Of a DNA stretch of 64,000 nucleotides, positions 38,087 to 48,289 are shown one piece after another. The stretch lies in the NCBI GenBank assembly GCA_023458375.1, contig JAEWZT010000001.1, positions 2,325-66,324 of the forward strand. Reading direction: 5' to 3'. Both the position numbers and the translations under genes were made by a program. The stretch's first letter is position 1; each line of letters begins with the position of its first letter. The notes beneath the pieces were generated by a model that had not been told where the DNA came from, searched no databases, and saw only the letters and a list, made by a program, of their open reading frames with translations. Origin of the DNA: Bacillota bacterium. Lineage in GTDB: Bacteria; Bacillota; Clostridia; Christensenellales; CAG-314.

Positions 38087-39298
38087 ATGTTCCAGTACGA
38101 GGACAATCAAAATCTGTTCAATAAGCCCGACAGCTACGTTGCCGATATTAAGGTTTTCGGTATAGGCGGCGGCGGAAATAATGCCGTAAACAGAATGATT
38201 CAGGCGGGTATTACCAGCGCTTCTTTTTACGCAATCAATACCGATAAACAGGCTCTTTATATGTCGTTAGTCCCCGAAAGAGAGCGCAAGCTTCAAATAG
38301 GCGCTTCCTTGACAAAGGGACTGGGCGCGGGAGCAAACCCCGAAGTGGGGCGCGCCGCGGCGGAAGAAAGCAAAGAAGCCATTACCGAGATTTTGCGCGG
38401 CACAGACTTACTGTTTATCACGGCAGGCATGGGCGGCGGGACGGGAACGGGTGCTGCGCCGGTAATTGCAGCGATAGCAAAAGAACTGGGTATACTTACC
38501 GTAGCCGTAGTTACCAAGCCGTTTTCCTTTGAAGGCAACACAAGAATGAAAAACGCCGAATTGGGTATTGCCAACTTACGCAAAAATGTGGATACCCTTG
38601 TAATTATACCTAACGAAAAACTTGTAAGCAGCTTTACGCGTGATATTACGATGGTGGAAGCCTTTAAGCGCGCCGACGAGGTTTTGCGCCAAGGCATAAG
38701 CGGCATCTCCGACTTGATTGTTTTCCCCTCGTTAATCAACCTTGACTTTGCCGACGTAAAAACGGTAATGAGCAACAGGGGAATGGCGCATATGGGGCTT
38801 GGAGTGGGCAAGGGGCAAAGCAAGACTGTTGACGCCATTAAGCAAGCGGTATACAGCCCTTTGCTTGAAACGACCATTGAGGGGAGCACCGGTTTGATTA
38901 TCAATATTACGGGCGGCGTAGACCTTACAATGTTTGAGGTTTACGAGGGCATTAAGCTTGTGCGCGACGTTTTAGACCCCTCCGCAACTTTGATTTTCGG
39001 TGCAGATATTAGGGAAAACTTGGACAACGAGGTGCAGGTTACCATTATTGCCACAGGTTTTGACGCGAAGAACACCATTCAAAAGAGCAAACAAAGCTTT
39101 TTCGGCGAACAGCAAGCGGCGGCTGCGGCAACCCCTTCGCCCTCCGGCAAGCCTTTGTTTGAAAATTCAGCCGACCCCGATAAATACAGAATAAACCTTG
39201 CAAAAGAAAAGCCTGCGGAAAAAAAGCTGCCCCAACCTAATATAAAGTTAGAGGACGAGAGCAATATCCCCGCTTTTTTAAGGAAGTTAAAGAAATAA
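38087..39298 (+). CDS. ftsZ: Cell division GTPase FtsZ
   Basis: GIGGGGNNAVNRM, GGGTGTGAAP, NLDFADV. Confidence 0.97.
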   Translation: MFQYEDNQNLFNKPDSYVADIKVFGIGGGGNNAVNRMIQAGITSASFYAINTDKQALYMSLVPERERKLQIGASLTKGLGAGANPEVGRAAAEESKEAITEILRGTDLLFITAGMGGGTGTGAAPVIAAIAKELGILTVAVVTKPFSFEGNTRMKNAELGIANLRKNVDTLVIIPNEKLVSSFTRDITMVEAFKRADEVLRQGISGISDLIVFPSLINLDFADVKTVMSNRGMAHMGLGVGKGQSKTVDAIKQAVYSPLLETTIEGSTGLIINITGGVDLTMFEVYEGIKLVRDVLDPSATLIFGADIRENLDNEVQVTIIATGFDAKNTIQKSKQSFFGEQQAAAAATPSPSGKPLFENSADPDKYRINLAKEKPAEKKLPQPNIKLEDESNIPAFLRKLKK

Positions 39299-39337
39299 TC
39301 GTAAAAGCATAAAATTGAGGCATAATAAGGAACAATT

Positions 39338-40732
39338 ATGAAAAGAGATTTTGTCGGCGAGCTTTACGCCTCGCAAGAAAAATATAAAGATAAAGAAGTA
39401 ACGCTTAGCGGTTGGGCGCGCACGGTGCGCGACTTAAAGCAATTCGGTTTTATTGAGCTTAACGACGGCACGAGTTTTAAAAGCGTGCAGGTTGTGTTTC
39501 AAAAGGACACGCTTAGCAACTATGACGATGTTGCAAAAAGCAATGTAGGAAGCGCATTTACCGTTAAAGGAATTCTTATACTTACGCCGCAGGCCATGCA
39601 GCCCTTTGAGGTTTTGGCAAGCGAGATTGTCATTGAGGGAAAATCTTCCCCCGACTTTCCCATGCAGAAGAAAAGGCATTCCCTTGAATTTTTGAGGGAA
39701 CAGGCGCACCTGCGCCCCAGAACGAACCTTTTTAATGCGACTATGAGGGTGCGCTCAGTGGCGGCTTTTGCAATTCACAGCTTTTTTAACGAGCGCGGGT
39801 TTGTTTATGTGCACACGCCCATCATTACGTCAAGCGACGCCGAAGGGGCGGGCGAAATTTTTCAAATAACCACGCTTGACTTAGAAAACCTGCCTAAAAA
39901 CGACAAAGGCAACGTGGATTATTCCAAAGACTTTTTCTCAAAAAAGGCAGGGCTTACGGTATCGGGACAGCTTGAAGTTGAAACCTACTGCATGGCTTTT
40001 TCCAAAGTATATACATTCGGACCTACTTTTAGGGCGGAACACAGCAATACTCAGCGGCACGCCGCGGAGTTTTGGCAAATTGAACCTGAAATCGCCTTTG
40101 CCGACCTTGCCGACGATATGCAGCTTGCCGAAGATATGATTAAGTATTGCATTAGCTTTGTGCTTGAACGTTGCCCACAAGAGATTGAGTTTTTCAACTC
40201 TTTTGTTGACGAGACTTTAAAAGAAAGGCTTTCAAAGCTAATAAAAAGCCAGTTTAAGCGCATAACATATACCGAGGCTATATCGCTGCTTGAAAAACAC
40301 AACGACAAGTTTGAGTTCCCCGTTCATTGGGGAAGCGATATCGCCACCGAACACGAACGTTATTTGACGGAAAAAATCTTTGACGGACCGGTATTTGTTA
40401 CCGATTATCCCAAAGAAATCAAATCCTTCTATATGCGTCAAAACGACGACGGAAAAACCGTTGCCGCTATGGACATGTTAGTGCCCGGCGTAGGCGAAAT
40501 GATAGGGGGCAGCCAGCGTGAAGAGCGCTACGACCGTCTGCTTGCCCGCGTCAGAGAGTTGGGACTTAAAGAAGAAGACTACTGGTGGTATATAGATTTA
40601 AGGAAATACGGCACAAACAAGCACGCCGGTTTCGGTTTGGGATTTGAGCGTTTTGTAATGTATGTTACCGGCGTTTCAAATATCCGCGACGTCATACCTT
40701 TCCCAAGGACGGTATACAACGCGGAGTTTTAA
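39338..40732 (+). CDS. asnS: Asparagine--tRNA ligase
   Basis: Class IIb: OB-fold N-terminus, [28 protein letters not shown]. Confidence 0.9.
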   Translation: MKRDFVGELYASQEKYKDKEVTLSGWARTVRDLKQFGFIELNDGTSFKSVQVVFQKDTLSNYDDVAKSNVGSAFTVKGILILTPQAMQPFEVLASEIVIEGKSSPDFPMQKKRHSLEFLREQAHLRPRTNLFNATMRVRSVAAFAIHSFFNERGFVYVHTPIITSSDAEGAGEIFQITTLDLENLPKNDKGNVDYSKDFFSKKAGLTVSGQLEVETYCMAFSKVYTFGPTFRAEHSNTQRHAAEFWQIEPEIAFADLADDMQLAEDMIKYCISFVLERCPQEIEFFNSFVDETLKERLSKLIKSQFKRITYTEAISLLEKHNDKFEFPVHWGSDIATEHERYLTEKIFDGPVFVTDYPKEIKSFYMRQNDDGKTVAAMDMLVPGVGEMIGGSQREERYDRLLARVRELGLKEEDYWWYIDLRKYGTNKHAGFGLGFERFVMYVTGVSNIRDVIPFPRTVYNAEF

Positions 40733-41109
40733 AAAGCTAAGTCAATCTGTGGTTTAGCGTAGACTGCTTAAACGCAAAAAATTATTTGGGAAATTGAATG
40801 GCGGTGAACCTTATTGCTTTGCCCAATCAAAAATACGCTGGTAATCTAGCCGCCTTTGAGGGTAATTTCCCAAAACCTATTGCAGCTTAATACGGATATC
40901 AATAAGCTGCGAAGCTTTGCGGTTTAGATAAGTTAAATCGATAAAAATAATTTGCAATCAAATTACACTTGTTGATACAAGCACAAACGGTTGCGCAACA
41001 GTGGCGATAGTTAAGGCAATAAGGCGGTTTTTGATAGTTTTTGGCAAAATATGCTTGTAAAACACCTTGTGTTAGTGTATTATAATTTCAATTTACAGGA
41101 GGAACTATT

Positions 41110-41340
41110 ATGATTTTTGAAAAGGTAAGAGACTTGTTAGCAGAGCAGCTTAACATTTCCGCCGACAAAATAACCATGGAAAGCGACATAATCAACGACT
41201 TAGGCGCAGATAGCCTTGACGTGGTGGAGCTTTTAATGGCGCTTGAAGACACTTACAATATTACTGTCCCCGACGAAATGGCAAATAAGCTCCAAACTAT
41301 TAAGGCAATAGTTGAGTTTATAGAAAAAGCCAAGAAATAA
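41110..41340 (+). CDS. acpP: Acyl carrier protein (not in a fab cluster)
   Basis: LGADSLD phosphopantetheine-attachment motif; 76 aa; SD aggagg. Confidence 0.9.
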   Translation: MIFEKVRDLLAEQLNISADKITMESDIINDLGADSLDVVELLMALEDTYNITVPDEMANKLQTIKAIVEFIEKAKK

Positions 41341-41375
41341 ACAAGTTTTTATTACTTAACAAATTATTTAAGAGT

Positions 41376-41399
41376 CCTCTCCTTTGGGGAGGGCTTTTT
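41376..41399 (+). terminator. Terminator after acpP
   Basis: cctctcc-ttt-ggggagg, then gcttttt. Confidence 0.7.
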
Positions 41400-41465
41400 C
41401 TTTTACCGTTATTTTTATTTTGTCTTAATTTGTAGATAGCGGCGCGCAGTCTATTAAAAACTTCT

Positions 41466-42260
41466 TTGGGGCATATAATAATAAAGAAAAAAATTGCAGT
41501 AAGAGGGGTATCGCGCTTGTTTGAGGCTACGGTTAGCTGCGACGGAAAAGACGCGCACAATATTGACTATATAGCTCAAAAACTTGTGAGCTTTAAAAGC
41601 GCCGACAAAACGATTGTTGAAGTTGTAAAAGGGGGCAGAAAATATTTAAGCGTCGCCTGCTCTTCGGCATACGAACCTTTGCTCAAAGATTTGCTTTTGG
41701 AAGGCGTTTCCGACGTGCTTGCCTTGGGCTACAAAAACAAGTATTTTACCAAGCGTCTTGACAAAAAGGAAGGGTTGCTTAACCGCACGCTTATCAATGT
41801 TATGTGCCTTTTTGACAACGTAAAGGACAAAAGGGCGGTTTTGGGGCAAATTGAGCAAACGGACAACATATCCCTTGACGGAATATTTAATTTCCGCGTA
41901 AGAGAGCTTAAAGAAAGGTGGGAGGAAGTTTTGGACCTCACTAACGCTTACGGCGTCATCGCTTCCGACGACTTCATAACAACGGAATTTTTATGCTACT
42001 TAATTGACAGCATACCCCCGCAGCACGGAGGCTTGACTGCGTCAATTTTAGAGGATTCTTTCGTTTTGCAGGACAATAAGGGCAACGTAATACCCCACGT
42101 CCCTTTAATTACCAAGGAAAATACCAACGAAGAAAGGCTTATATACAATTTGGTTTGCAACAAAGCAAAAAACATTATTGTGCTTGACAGCCAAAAGTTT
42201 TTGAGTTCAAACTGCATTAATTTGTTGGGGAAACTTTTAAACGTAAAAATAGGAAGTTAA
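41466..42260 (+). CDS. ytxC: YtxC-like sporulation protein
   Basis: ~260 aa immediately upstream of thrS, as in Bacillus ytxC-thrS. Start codon uncertain (TTG). Confidence 0.5.
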   Translation: MGHIIIKKKIAVRGVSRLFEATVSCDGKDAHNIDYIAQKLVSFKSADKTIVEVVKGGRKYLSVACSSAYEPLLKDLLLEGVSDVLALGYKNKYFTKRLDKKEGLLNRTLINVMCLFDNVKDKRAVLGQIEQTDNISLDGIFNFRVRELKERWEEVLDLTNAYGVIASDDFITTEFLCYLIDSIPPQHGGLTASILEDSFVLQDNKGNVIPHVPLITKENTNEERLIYNLVCNKAKNIIVLDSQKFLSSNCINLLGKLLNVKIGS

Positions 42261-42519
42261 TCTTTACGAAAAATAAGAAAAAGACCCTAATAGAATGAAA
42301 GGCTATTTTTAACCCAGTGGAACTAACCTGATATTCTAAAAAAATATGCAGAAAAAGTTAAGTTTGGCGGCTCCAAGGTGTTTATTTCTTCTATAAACAG
42401 CACTTGAACAGGACACCACAACAAAAATTATATTTCCTTAATATGTTTCGCTTAGCACTGTCTGTATAGGCAAGCAAAAAACCGTTGACAGCTATGAAAA
42501 AGGGGTGTAATATAATTCT

Positions 42520-42741
42520 ACATTATACTGTCTTAGAAAAAAGACACGTCAAGGGCATTTTCGCCACAGAGAGCGGCAGCAGCTGAAACGCCGCGCGCAA
42601 AACCCCATTGATACCACTTTTGAGACGGCGGACGCTTTTCCGAAATCAAAGCAATAAAGAGGCGCAAACTATTTTGCGCAATTAAGGTGGAACCGCGGAT
42701 TATTATTCGTCCTTATTGAGTTTTTCAGTAAGGACTTTTTT
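42520..42741 (+). promoter_or_regulatory. T-box riboswitch leader (Thr specifier ACC) with terminator
   Basis: Promoter TTGACA at 42485. AGAGA bulge (cacagagag); distal loop agcugaaa; specifier gauACCAc; T-box AAUUAAGGUGGAACCGCGG (42681-99); terminator gtcctta/taaggac plus T6 (42709-41). Confidence 0.85.
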
Positions 42742-42764
42742 GTTATATATTTATGGAGGTAAAT

Positions 42765-44681
42765 ATGAAAGACAGCGTTATAAAACTTACCCTGCCCGAC
42801 GGAAAAATTATGGAGTTTCCCAAAGGCGTCAAGGGTTACGAGGCTGCAAAAGCCATCAGCGAAGGGCTTGCCAAGGCGGCTTTGTGCGTTTCTGTCAACA
42901 AAGAGTTGAAGGATTTGAACTGTGAGATTATGCAAGACTGCGACTTTGCCGTCATTACTTTTGCCGACGAAGAGGGCAAAGAAGTATACTGGCATACCAC
43001 TTCACACGTTTTGGCGCAGGCGGTAAAGCGCCTTTATCCCGCCGCAAAGGTCGCCATAGGCCCCGCAATTAAAACGGGTTTTTACTACGATATTGAGTTT
43101 CCTGCCGCCTTTACGCAAGACGATTTGCCAAAAGTAGAGGAGGAAATGGCAAAAATAATAAGAGAAAACCTTCCTATTGCGAGAAAAACGCTTTCCAAAA
43201 GAGAAGCCGTAGACTATTTTACCAAAATTGGCGAAAGCTATAAGGTTGAAATAATTGAGGGCATTGAAAGCGACAGCGTATCCCTTTACTCGCAGGGCGA
43301 GTTTACCGATATGTGCAGGGGTCCCCACCTTACCTCTACGGGCAAAATAAAGGCGTTTAAGCTTACAAGCGTTGCGGGCGCGTATTGGCGCGGGGACGTA
43401 AAAAATACCATGCTAAGCCGTATTTACGGCGTTTCCTTTGACAAAAAAGCCGACCTTGACGAATATATCGCGCGGCAAGAAGAAGCTAAAAAGCGCGACC
43501 ACAGAAAGTTAGGCAAGGAACTTGACCTTTTTGATATTTTTGACGAAGGTCCGGGATTTCCTTTCTTTTTCCCCAAAGGAATGGTGCTTCGCAATACCTT
43601 AGAGGACTTTTGGCGTAAAGAACATATTAAGAGGGGATACGAGGAAATTAAAACACCCATTATTTTAAGCCAAGAACTGTGGCACCGTTCGGGGCACTGG
43701 GACCATTACAAAGACAATATGTATGTGCTTAAAATAGACGAAGAGGACTACGCCGTTAAGCCCATGAATTGTCCCGGCGGAATGTTGGTTTATAAGAGAG
43801 CGCCACACAGTTACCGCGATTTGCCTTTGAGGGTTGCAGAATTGGGGCTTGTGCACAGACACGAGCTTTCGGGCGCGCTTCACGGACTTATGAGAGTTCG
43901 TTGCTTTACACAAGACGACGCGCACCTTTTCATGACCTTTGACCAGTTGGTTGAAGAAATCATTGGCGTGGTGGAGCTTATTGATTACCTTTACAGCGTT
44001 TTCGGTTTTACCTACAAAATGGAAATAAGTACACGCCCTGAAAACTCCATGGGGACGGAAGAGCAATGGGACAAAGCCACCGCGTCTTTAATTGAAGCAA
44101 TGGACAAAATGGGCAAGTCATACAAAATAAACGAAGGCGACGGAGCTTTTTACGGACCTAAAATTGACTTCCACTTAGAGGACAGCATAGGTCGCACCTG
44201 GCAATGCGGAACCGTGCAGGTTGACTTCCAAATGCCCGAGCGTTTTGACCTGACTTATGTCGGCGCCGACGGCGAAAAGCACCGCCCCGTAATGATTCAC
44301 CGCGCCGCCTTGGGCAGCATTGAACGTTTTGTAGCTATATTGACGGAACACTTTGCGGGAGCTTTCCCCATGTGGCTTTCTCCCGTGCAAGTTGCCGTCC
44401 TTCCGATAAGCGACGGAACGGCAAATTATGCCGACAGCGTAACGGAAACACTCATTAAAAGCGGAATACGCGCCCAATGCGACAAGCGCAACGAAAAAAT
44501 CGGTTACCGCATAAGAGAAGCGCAGTTGCAAAAAATGCCCTATATGCTGGTTGTGGGCGAAAAGGAACAAGCGGATGGCACCGTATCTATCCGCCGCAGA
44601 AAAGAAGGGGATATAGGCGTTTATTCGCTTTCAGACTTTATAAAAATGGCGGAAGAAGAAATAGGAAGCAAGAAGATTTGA
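42765..44681 (+). CDS. thrS: Threonine--tRNA ligase
   Basis: TGS domain N-terminus, HTTSHVLA, class II motifs (RVRCFTQDDAH, GAFYGPKID). Start at ATG 42765 after SD ggaggt. Confidence 0.95.
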   Translation: MKDSVIKLTLPDGKIMEFPKGVKGYEAAKAISEGLAKAALCVSVNKELKDLNCEIMQDCDFAVITFADEEGKEVYWHTTSHVLAQAVKRLYPAAKVAIGPAIKTGFYYDIEFPAAFTQDDLPKVEEEMAKIIRENLPIARKTLSKREAVDYFTKIGESYKVEIIEGIESDSVSLYSQGEFTDMCRGPHLTSTGKIKAFKLTSVAGAYWRGDVKNTMLSRIYGVSFDKKADLDEYIARQEEAKKRDHRKLGKELDLFDIFDEGPGFPFFFPKGMVLRNTLEDFWRKEHIKRGYEEIKTPIILSQELWHRSGHWDHYKDNMYVLKIDEEDYAVKPMNCPGGMLVYKRAPHSYRDLPLRVAELGLVHRHELSGALHGLMRVRCFTQDDAHLFMTFDQLVEEIIGVVELIDYLYSVFGFTYKMEISTRPENSMGTEEQWDKATASLIEAMDKMGKSYKINEGDGAFYGPKIDFHLEDSIGRTWQCGTVQVDFQMPERFDLTYVGADGEKHRPVMIHRAALGSIERFVAILTEHFAGAFPMWLSPVQVAVLPISDGTANYADSVTETLIKSGIRAQCDKRNEKIGYRIREAQLQKMPYMLVVGEKEQADGTVSIRRRKEGDIGVYSLSDFIKMAEEEIGSKKI

Positions 44682-44921
44682 CGGCAGGAAGTTAGATAAA
44701 TATGTAATTCCGCCTTAAACTTAACTTTTGGTTAAATGATTGATTGGCTTTTGGCAATAGAAACGCAACAATCCTAACGGAAAAGTAAAGATATAAAAAC
44801 AGATTTTGGGGAAGCAATATAAAAAGAACGTTAACTTCCTCAAAATCTGCTTTAATTGTTTTTGTCAAAATTAAATGCTTTTAACATAAAACTATAAAAC
44901 TAATTATTTGGCTTAAAACAG

Positions 44922-45079
44922 TTGACCGAAATTGCTGTTTTTGCTAAAATAGCAATGCAAAGAAGAAAATACCTTTTTCTCACCAACGAAAGGCTAACGC
45001 TGCTTGGTTATTTCATAAGGCTTCAACCAAAAATTTGGTCGTTTTATTGAGATGCGGTATTTTCATACCGCATTTTTTG
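44922..45079 (+). promoter_or_regulatory. infC-rpmI-rplT leader (L20-leader-type attenuator): promoter plus terminator
   Basis: TTGACC, 17-nt spacer, TGcTAAAAT (44922-50); structured leader; terminator atgcggtat-tttc-ataccgcat plus T6 (45052-79), upstream of infC as in Firmicute L20 leaders. Confidence 0.6.
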
Positions 45080-45090
45080 TGTCTTTGCAA

Positions 45091-45242
45091 TCAAAGCTTT
45101 GCGGAAAAACAAAACTTAACAACCGAAGTTTTTCGGGCAATAAACCAAAGTCCGCAAAATATTACAAAGGGTTTCCAAAAACGAAGTTTTTGGGCAATAA
45201 CGGGGTCTCAATAAGAGTAAAGTTTTTATTGGGTAATAAAGG
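45091..45242 (+). repeat. Three degenerate tandem repeats (hairpin plus GGGCAATAA) between the attenuator and the infC SD
   Basis: ccGAAGTTTTTCGGGCAATAAAcc (45121-46), acGAAGTTTTTGGGCAATAAcgg (45179-204), gtAAAGTTTTTATTGGGTAATAAAgg (45215-42). Each is preceded by caaag..(g/c)c..aaaa. Confidence 0.7.
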
Positions 45243-45253
45243 AGGATAAACTT

Positions 45254-45763
45254 ATTAAAGAGCTTCTTATCAACGGTCAAATCAGAGTAAAGGAAGTGCG
45301 TTTAATCGCAAAGGACGGAAGTCAGCTTGGCGTTATGTCGGCAGCCGCCGCCCAACGCATAGCAGACGACAGCGAACTTGATTTAGTTATGATTTCGCCC
45401 ACCGCTAATCCGCCCGTATGCAAGGTGCTTGACTACAACAAGTTCAAATACGAGCAGACAAAGCGCGAAAAAGAATTGAAGAAGAATCAAAAAGTTGTGG
45501 AGCTTAAAACCATCCAGCTTTCTATGACAATTGACGAAAACGATATGAAAACCAAAGCCAAAGCCGCCATAAAATGGCTTGCCGAGGGCAATAAAGTTAA
45601 AATATCGCTACGTATGGTGGGGCGCCAAATGGCATATTCCCAAAACGCCGTGGAAGTTGTAAACAAGTTTTTCGCAATGCTCCCCGCCGCAAAAATAGAA
45701 AAAACCGCTCTTCAAGAGGGCAGATACATCAACATGATTATTGCGCCGCAAAGCGCCAAATAA
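45254..45763 (+). CDS. infC: Translation initiation factor IF-3 (ATT start codon)
   Basis: SD aaaggagga lies 7 nt before ATT 45254. In-frame IKELLINGQIRVKEVRLI matches the conserved IF3 N-terminus, which the track's GTG 45296 would remove. There is an in-frame stop at 45218-20 and no canonical start between. Confidence 0.85.
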   Translation: MKELLINGQIRVKEVRLIAKDGSQLGVMSAAAAQRIADDSELDLVMISPTANPPVCKVLDYNKFKYEQTKREKELKKNQKVVELKTIQLSMTIDENDMKTKAKAAIKWLAEGNKVKISLRMVGRQMAYSQNAVEVVNKFFAMLPAAKIEKTALQEGRYINMIIAPQSAK

Positions 45764-45795
45764 TAGGATAAAATTCAACAGGGAGGACATCTAGC

Positions 45796-45990
45796 ATGCC
45801 TAAACAAAAAAGTCACAGCGCAAGCAAGAAAAGGTTCAAGGTATTAAAGTCAGGTAAAATAAAGAGGGCTCAAAACAACAAGAACCACAAGCTTACCAAA
45901 AAGACAACCAAGAGAACGCGCAATCTTCGCGGGACCGCTTATGTTGACAAAACAAAAGAAAAGACCGTAAAGAGCATGTTGCCATATTAG
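45796..45990 (+). CDS. rpmI: 50S ribosomal protein L35
   Basis: MPKQKSHSASKKRFK... Confidence 0.95.
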   Translation: MPKQKSHSASKKRFKVLKSGKIKRAQNNKNHKLTKKTTKRTRNLRGTAYVDKTKEKTVKSMLPY

Positions 45991-46005
45991 CAGGAGGAAA
46001 AAGCA

Positions 46006-46359
46006 ATGAGAATTAAACGCGGCGTAAACGCAGTTAAAAAACGTAGAAAGATATTAAAACTCGCCAAGGGTTACTGGGGCGCGAAATCCAAGAACTACCG
46101 CATAGCAAGACAAGCCGTAATGAAGTCGGGCAACTACGCCTATGTGGGGCGCAGGCTTCGCAAGCGCGACATGCGTTCCCTTTGGATAGCAAGAATAAAT
46201 GCCGGAGCAAGGGCCAACGGAATGTCATACAGCAAGTTTATGCACGGCTTAAAGGTGGCGGATTTGGATTTGAACAGAAAAGTTTTATCCGACCTCGCAA
46301 TTCACGACGCAAACGCCTTTGCGGCTTTGGCGGAAAAGGCAAAGCAAGTGGTTAAGTAA
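46006..46359 (+). CDS. rplT: 50S ribosomal protein L20
   Basis: [25 protein letters not shown]... Confidence 0.95.
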   Translation: MRIKRGVNAVKKRRKILKLAKGYWGAKSKNYRIARQAVMKSGNYAYVGRRLRKRDMRSLWIARINAGARANGMSYSKFMHGLKVADLDLNRKVLSDLAIHDANAFAALAEKAKQVVK

Positions 46360-46370
46360 AAGACCAAAAA

Positions 46371-46399
46371 AGCCTGATATAAACTATTAGGCTTTTTTT
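46371..46399 (+). terminator. Terminator after rplT
   Basis: agcctgata / tattaggct stem (one G-U pair), then T7. Confidence 0.75.
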
Positions 46400-46518
46400 G
46401 AAACCCAATTAAACTCGTTTAATTGGACCCGAGCCAAAGAAATATAAATAACGCAAACTTGTGTTTAGTTGTGCCCGTTAAGCGGCGCGCATTACTTTGT
46501 TAGGGTATATTATGCAAA

Positions 46519-47256
46519 ATGATAACTTCTTTTGACAATAAAAAAATCGCGGCGGTAAAAAGGCTTAATGACAAAAAATACCGACGTGAAGAGGAAAAAT
46601 ATCTCGTTGAGGGAGAAAAACTTCTAGACGACGCCTTGCGCTTTGGCAAAAAGGTCGCCGCCATACTTGTTACGGAAGGTAAAGAAGAAAAATACCAAAG
46701 TTTTCCAAATGTTATTACCGTAAGCCAAAGTGTGATGAAAAGCATTTCCAAAACGGCATGCGACCAAGGCGTTTTGGGTGTTTTGGAGATTGAGCAAAAC
46801 AATAACGATGTTTTTGACGGTAATTGCTTAATTCTTGAACGCATTCAAGACCCTTTGAATTTAGGAGCAATTTTAAGAAGCGCGGCGGGGGCGGGTTACA
46901 AGGAAGTTTTTCTTGCCGACTGCGCCGACGTTTACTCTCAAAAAGTCGTGCGTGGAGCTATGTCCGCCCATTTTATGCTTAATTTTTATTTTTTAAGCAT
47001 TGAGGAGGCTTTGGCGAAGCTTTCAAAAACGCACGCTATGCTTTGCGCAGACATGAAAGGGGATAATATATTTGAGTTTGCCGCGCCTTATCCTCATGCT
47101 TTGGTAATAGGCAGCGAGGGTCAAGGTTTAAGTTCTTACGCAAAAAAAGCCTGCAAACAAAAACTTTCAATCCCAATGGGAGAGGGGCTTGAATCGCTTA
47201 ACGCGGCGGTTTCAGCCTCAATAATAATGTATCAATTGACAAGGGGGAAAAGGTAA
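46519..47256 (+). CDS. TrmH/SpoU-family RNA 2'-O-methyltransferase
   Basis: IQDPLNLGAILRSA, LVIGSEGQGLS, ESLNAAVSASI. Confidence 0.85.
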   Translation: MITSFDNKKIAAVKRLNDKKYRREEEKYLVEGEKLLDDALRFGKKVAAILVTEGKEEKYQSFPNVITVSQSVMKSISKTACDQGVLGVLEIEQNNNDVFDGNCLILERIQDPLNLGAILRSAAGAGYKEVFLADCADVYSQKVVRGAMSAHFMLNFYFLSIEEALAKLSKTHAMLCADMKGDNIFEFAAPYPHALVIGSEGQGLSSYAKKACKQKLSIPMGEGLESLNAAVSASIIMYQLTRGKR

Positions 47257-47993
47257 TGTCGGGACACAGTAAATGGAATAATATTAAAAATAAAAAAGCA
47301 AAGGGCGACGCGGCGCGTTCTAAAATTTTCACAAAAATTGGCAGAGAAATTGCTGTCGCCGTAAAAGCGGGGGGAAGCGACCCCAATACAAACAGCTCGC
47401 TTTTTAACATTATACAAAAGGCGCGCCTTGCAAATATGCCAAACGATAACATAAACAGGAGCGTCAAAAAAGCTGCGGGCGAACTGGGCGCAGTGCAATA
47501 CGAACAGCAAAGCTACGAGGGCTACGGGCTAGGGGGCAGCGCTGTAATCGTGGAATGTTTAACGGACAATAAAAACAGGACAGCGGGCGACGTAAGAAGT
47601 TTTTTTGCGAAATACGGCGGAACGCTTGGCACCACCAACTGCGTTTCATTTATGTTTGACAAAAAGGGCGTTATTACGGGCGAAATGACGGAAAAGCAAA
47701 ACGAAGACTCAATATTTGAAATGGCGCTTGAATGCGGCGCCGAGGACGTCCAGTTTGAAGAAGAAGCTTATATAATTTATACTTCGGTAAACGAAGTGAG
47801 CGAAATAGCCTCCTGCCTTGAAAAGAAAGGCGCGGTGCTGTCTTCCGCCGAGCCAGACTGGCTTCCCCAAACCACCGTAATTTTAGAGGGCGACAACTTA
47901 GTGAAGTTTAGAAAAATGATTGAAACGATGGAGGACTGCGACGACGTCCAAAATGTTTATCACAACGTTGACCTGCCCGACGAGGAAGAATAA
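47256..47993 (+). CDS. yebC: YebC/PmpR-family transcriptional regulator
   Basis: MSGHSKWNNIKNKKAKGDAARSKIFTK. Confidence 0.9.
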   Translation: MSGHSKWNNIKNKKAKGDAARSKIFTKIGREIAVAVKAGGSDPNTNSSLFNIIQKARLANMPNDNINRSVKKAAGELGAVQYEQQSYEGYGLGGSAVIVECLTDNKNRTAGDVRSFFAKYGGTLGTTNCVSFMFDKKGVITGEMTEKQNEDSIFEMALECGAEDVQFEEEAYIIYTSVNEVSEIASCLEKKGAVLSSAEPDWLPQTTVILEGDNLVKFRKMIETMEDCDDVQNVYHNVDLPDEEE

Positions 47994-48289
47994 TTTCTTT
48001 TTTGCTGTCAGCAGGGTGTTTGTCTGCGGAAAATTATTCGCAGTAATATCTAATAAAAAAATTGGTTGCTCATTTCAAAGCATATCGGCAAAGATTTTAT
48101 GGCTTTTGCTGGCTATGCTTTAATATTTTGAAACGAAAGTTTATGCGTAAGTTAAGAGGTTAATTTAATTAACGGCGGCTTTGCCGTCTTTTTATTTTTA
48201 ATAAAAAACGCGGTTATCTATTAAACTATTCTATTTTTTTCTCTCGTATGATAATATAACAAATAGTTTTATCTATAAAGGAGATTAAA

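Noticed and set aside
451-40849. Shared 9-mer GGTAATCTA between the iteron units (451-459) and the asnS-acpP hairpin loop (40841-49).
   Set aside because: A single 9-mer coincidence is expected by chance in 64 kb on two strands.
46506-46521. Leaderless start for the TrmH-family gene (TATATT 7 nt before ATG 46519).
   Set aside because: There is no acceptable -35 or extended -10 at the right distance, so the promoter call is too weak to report.
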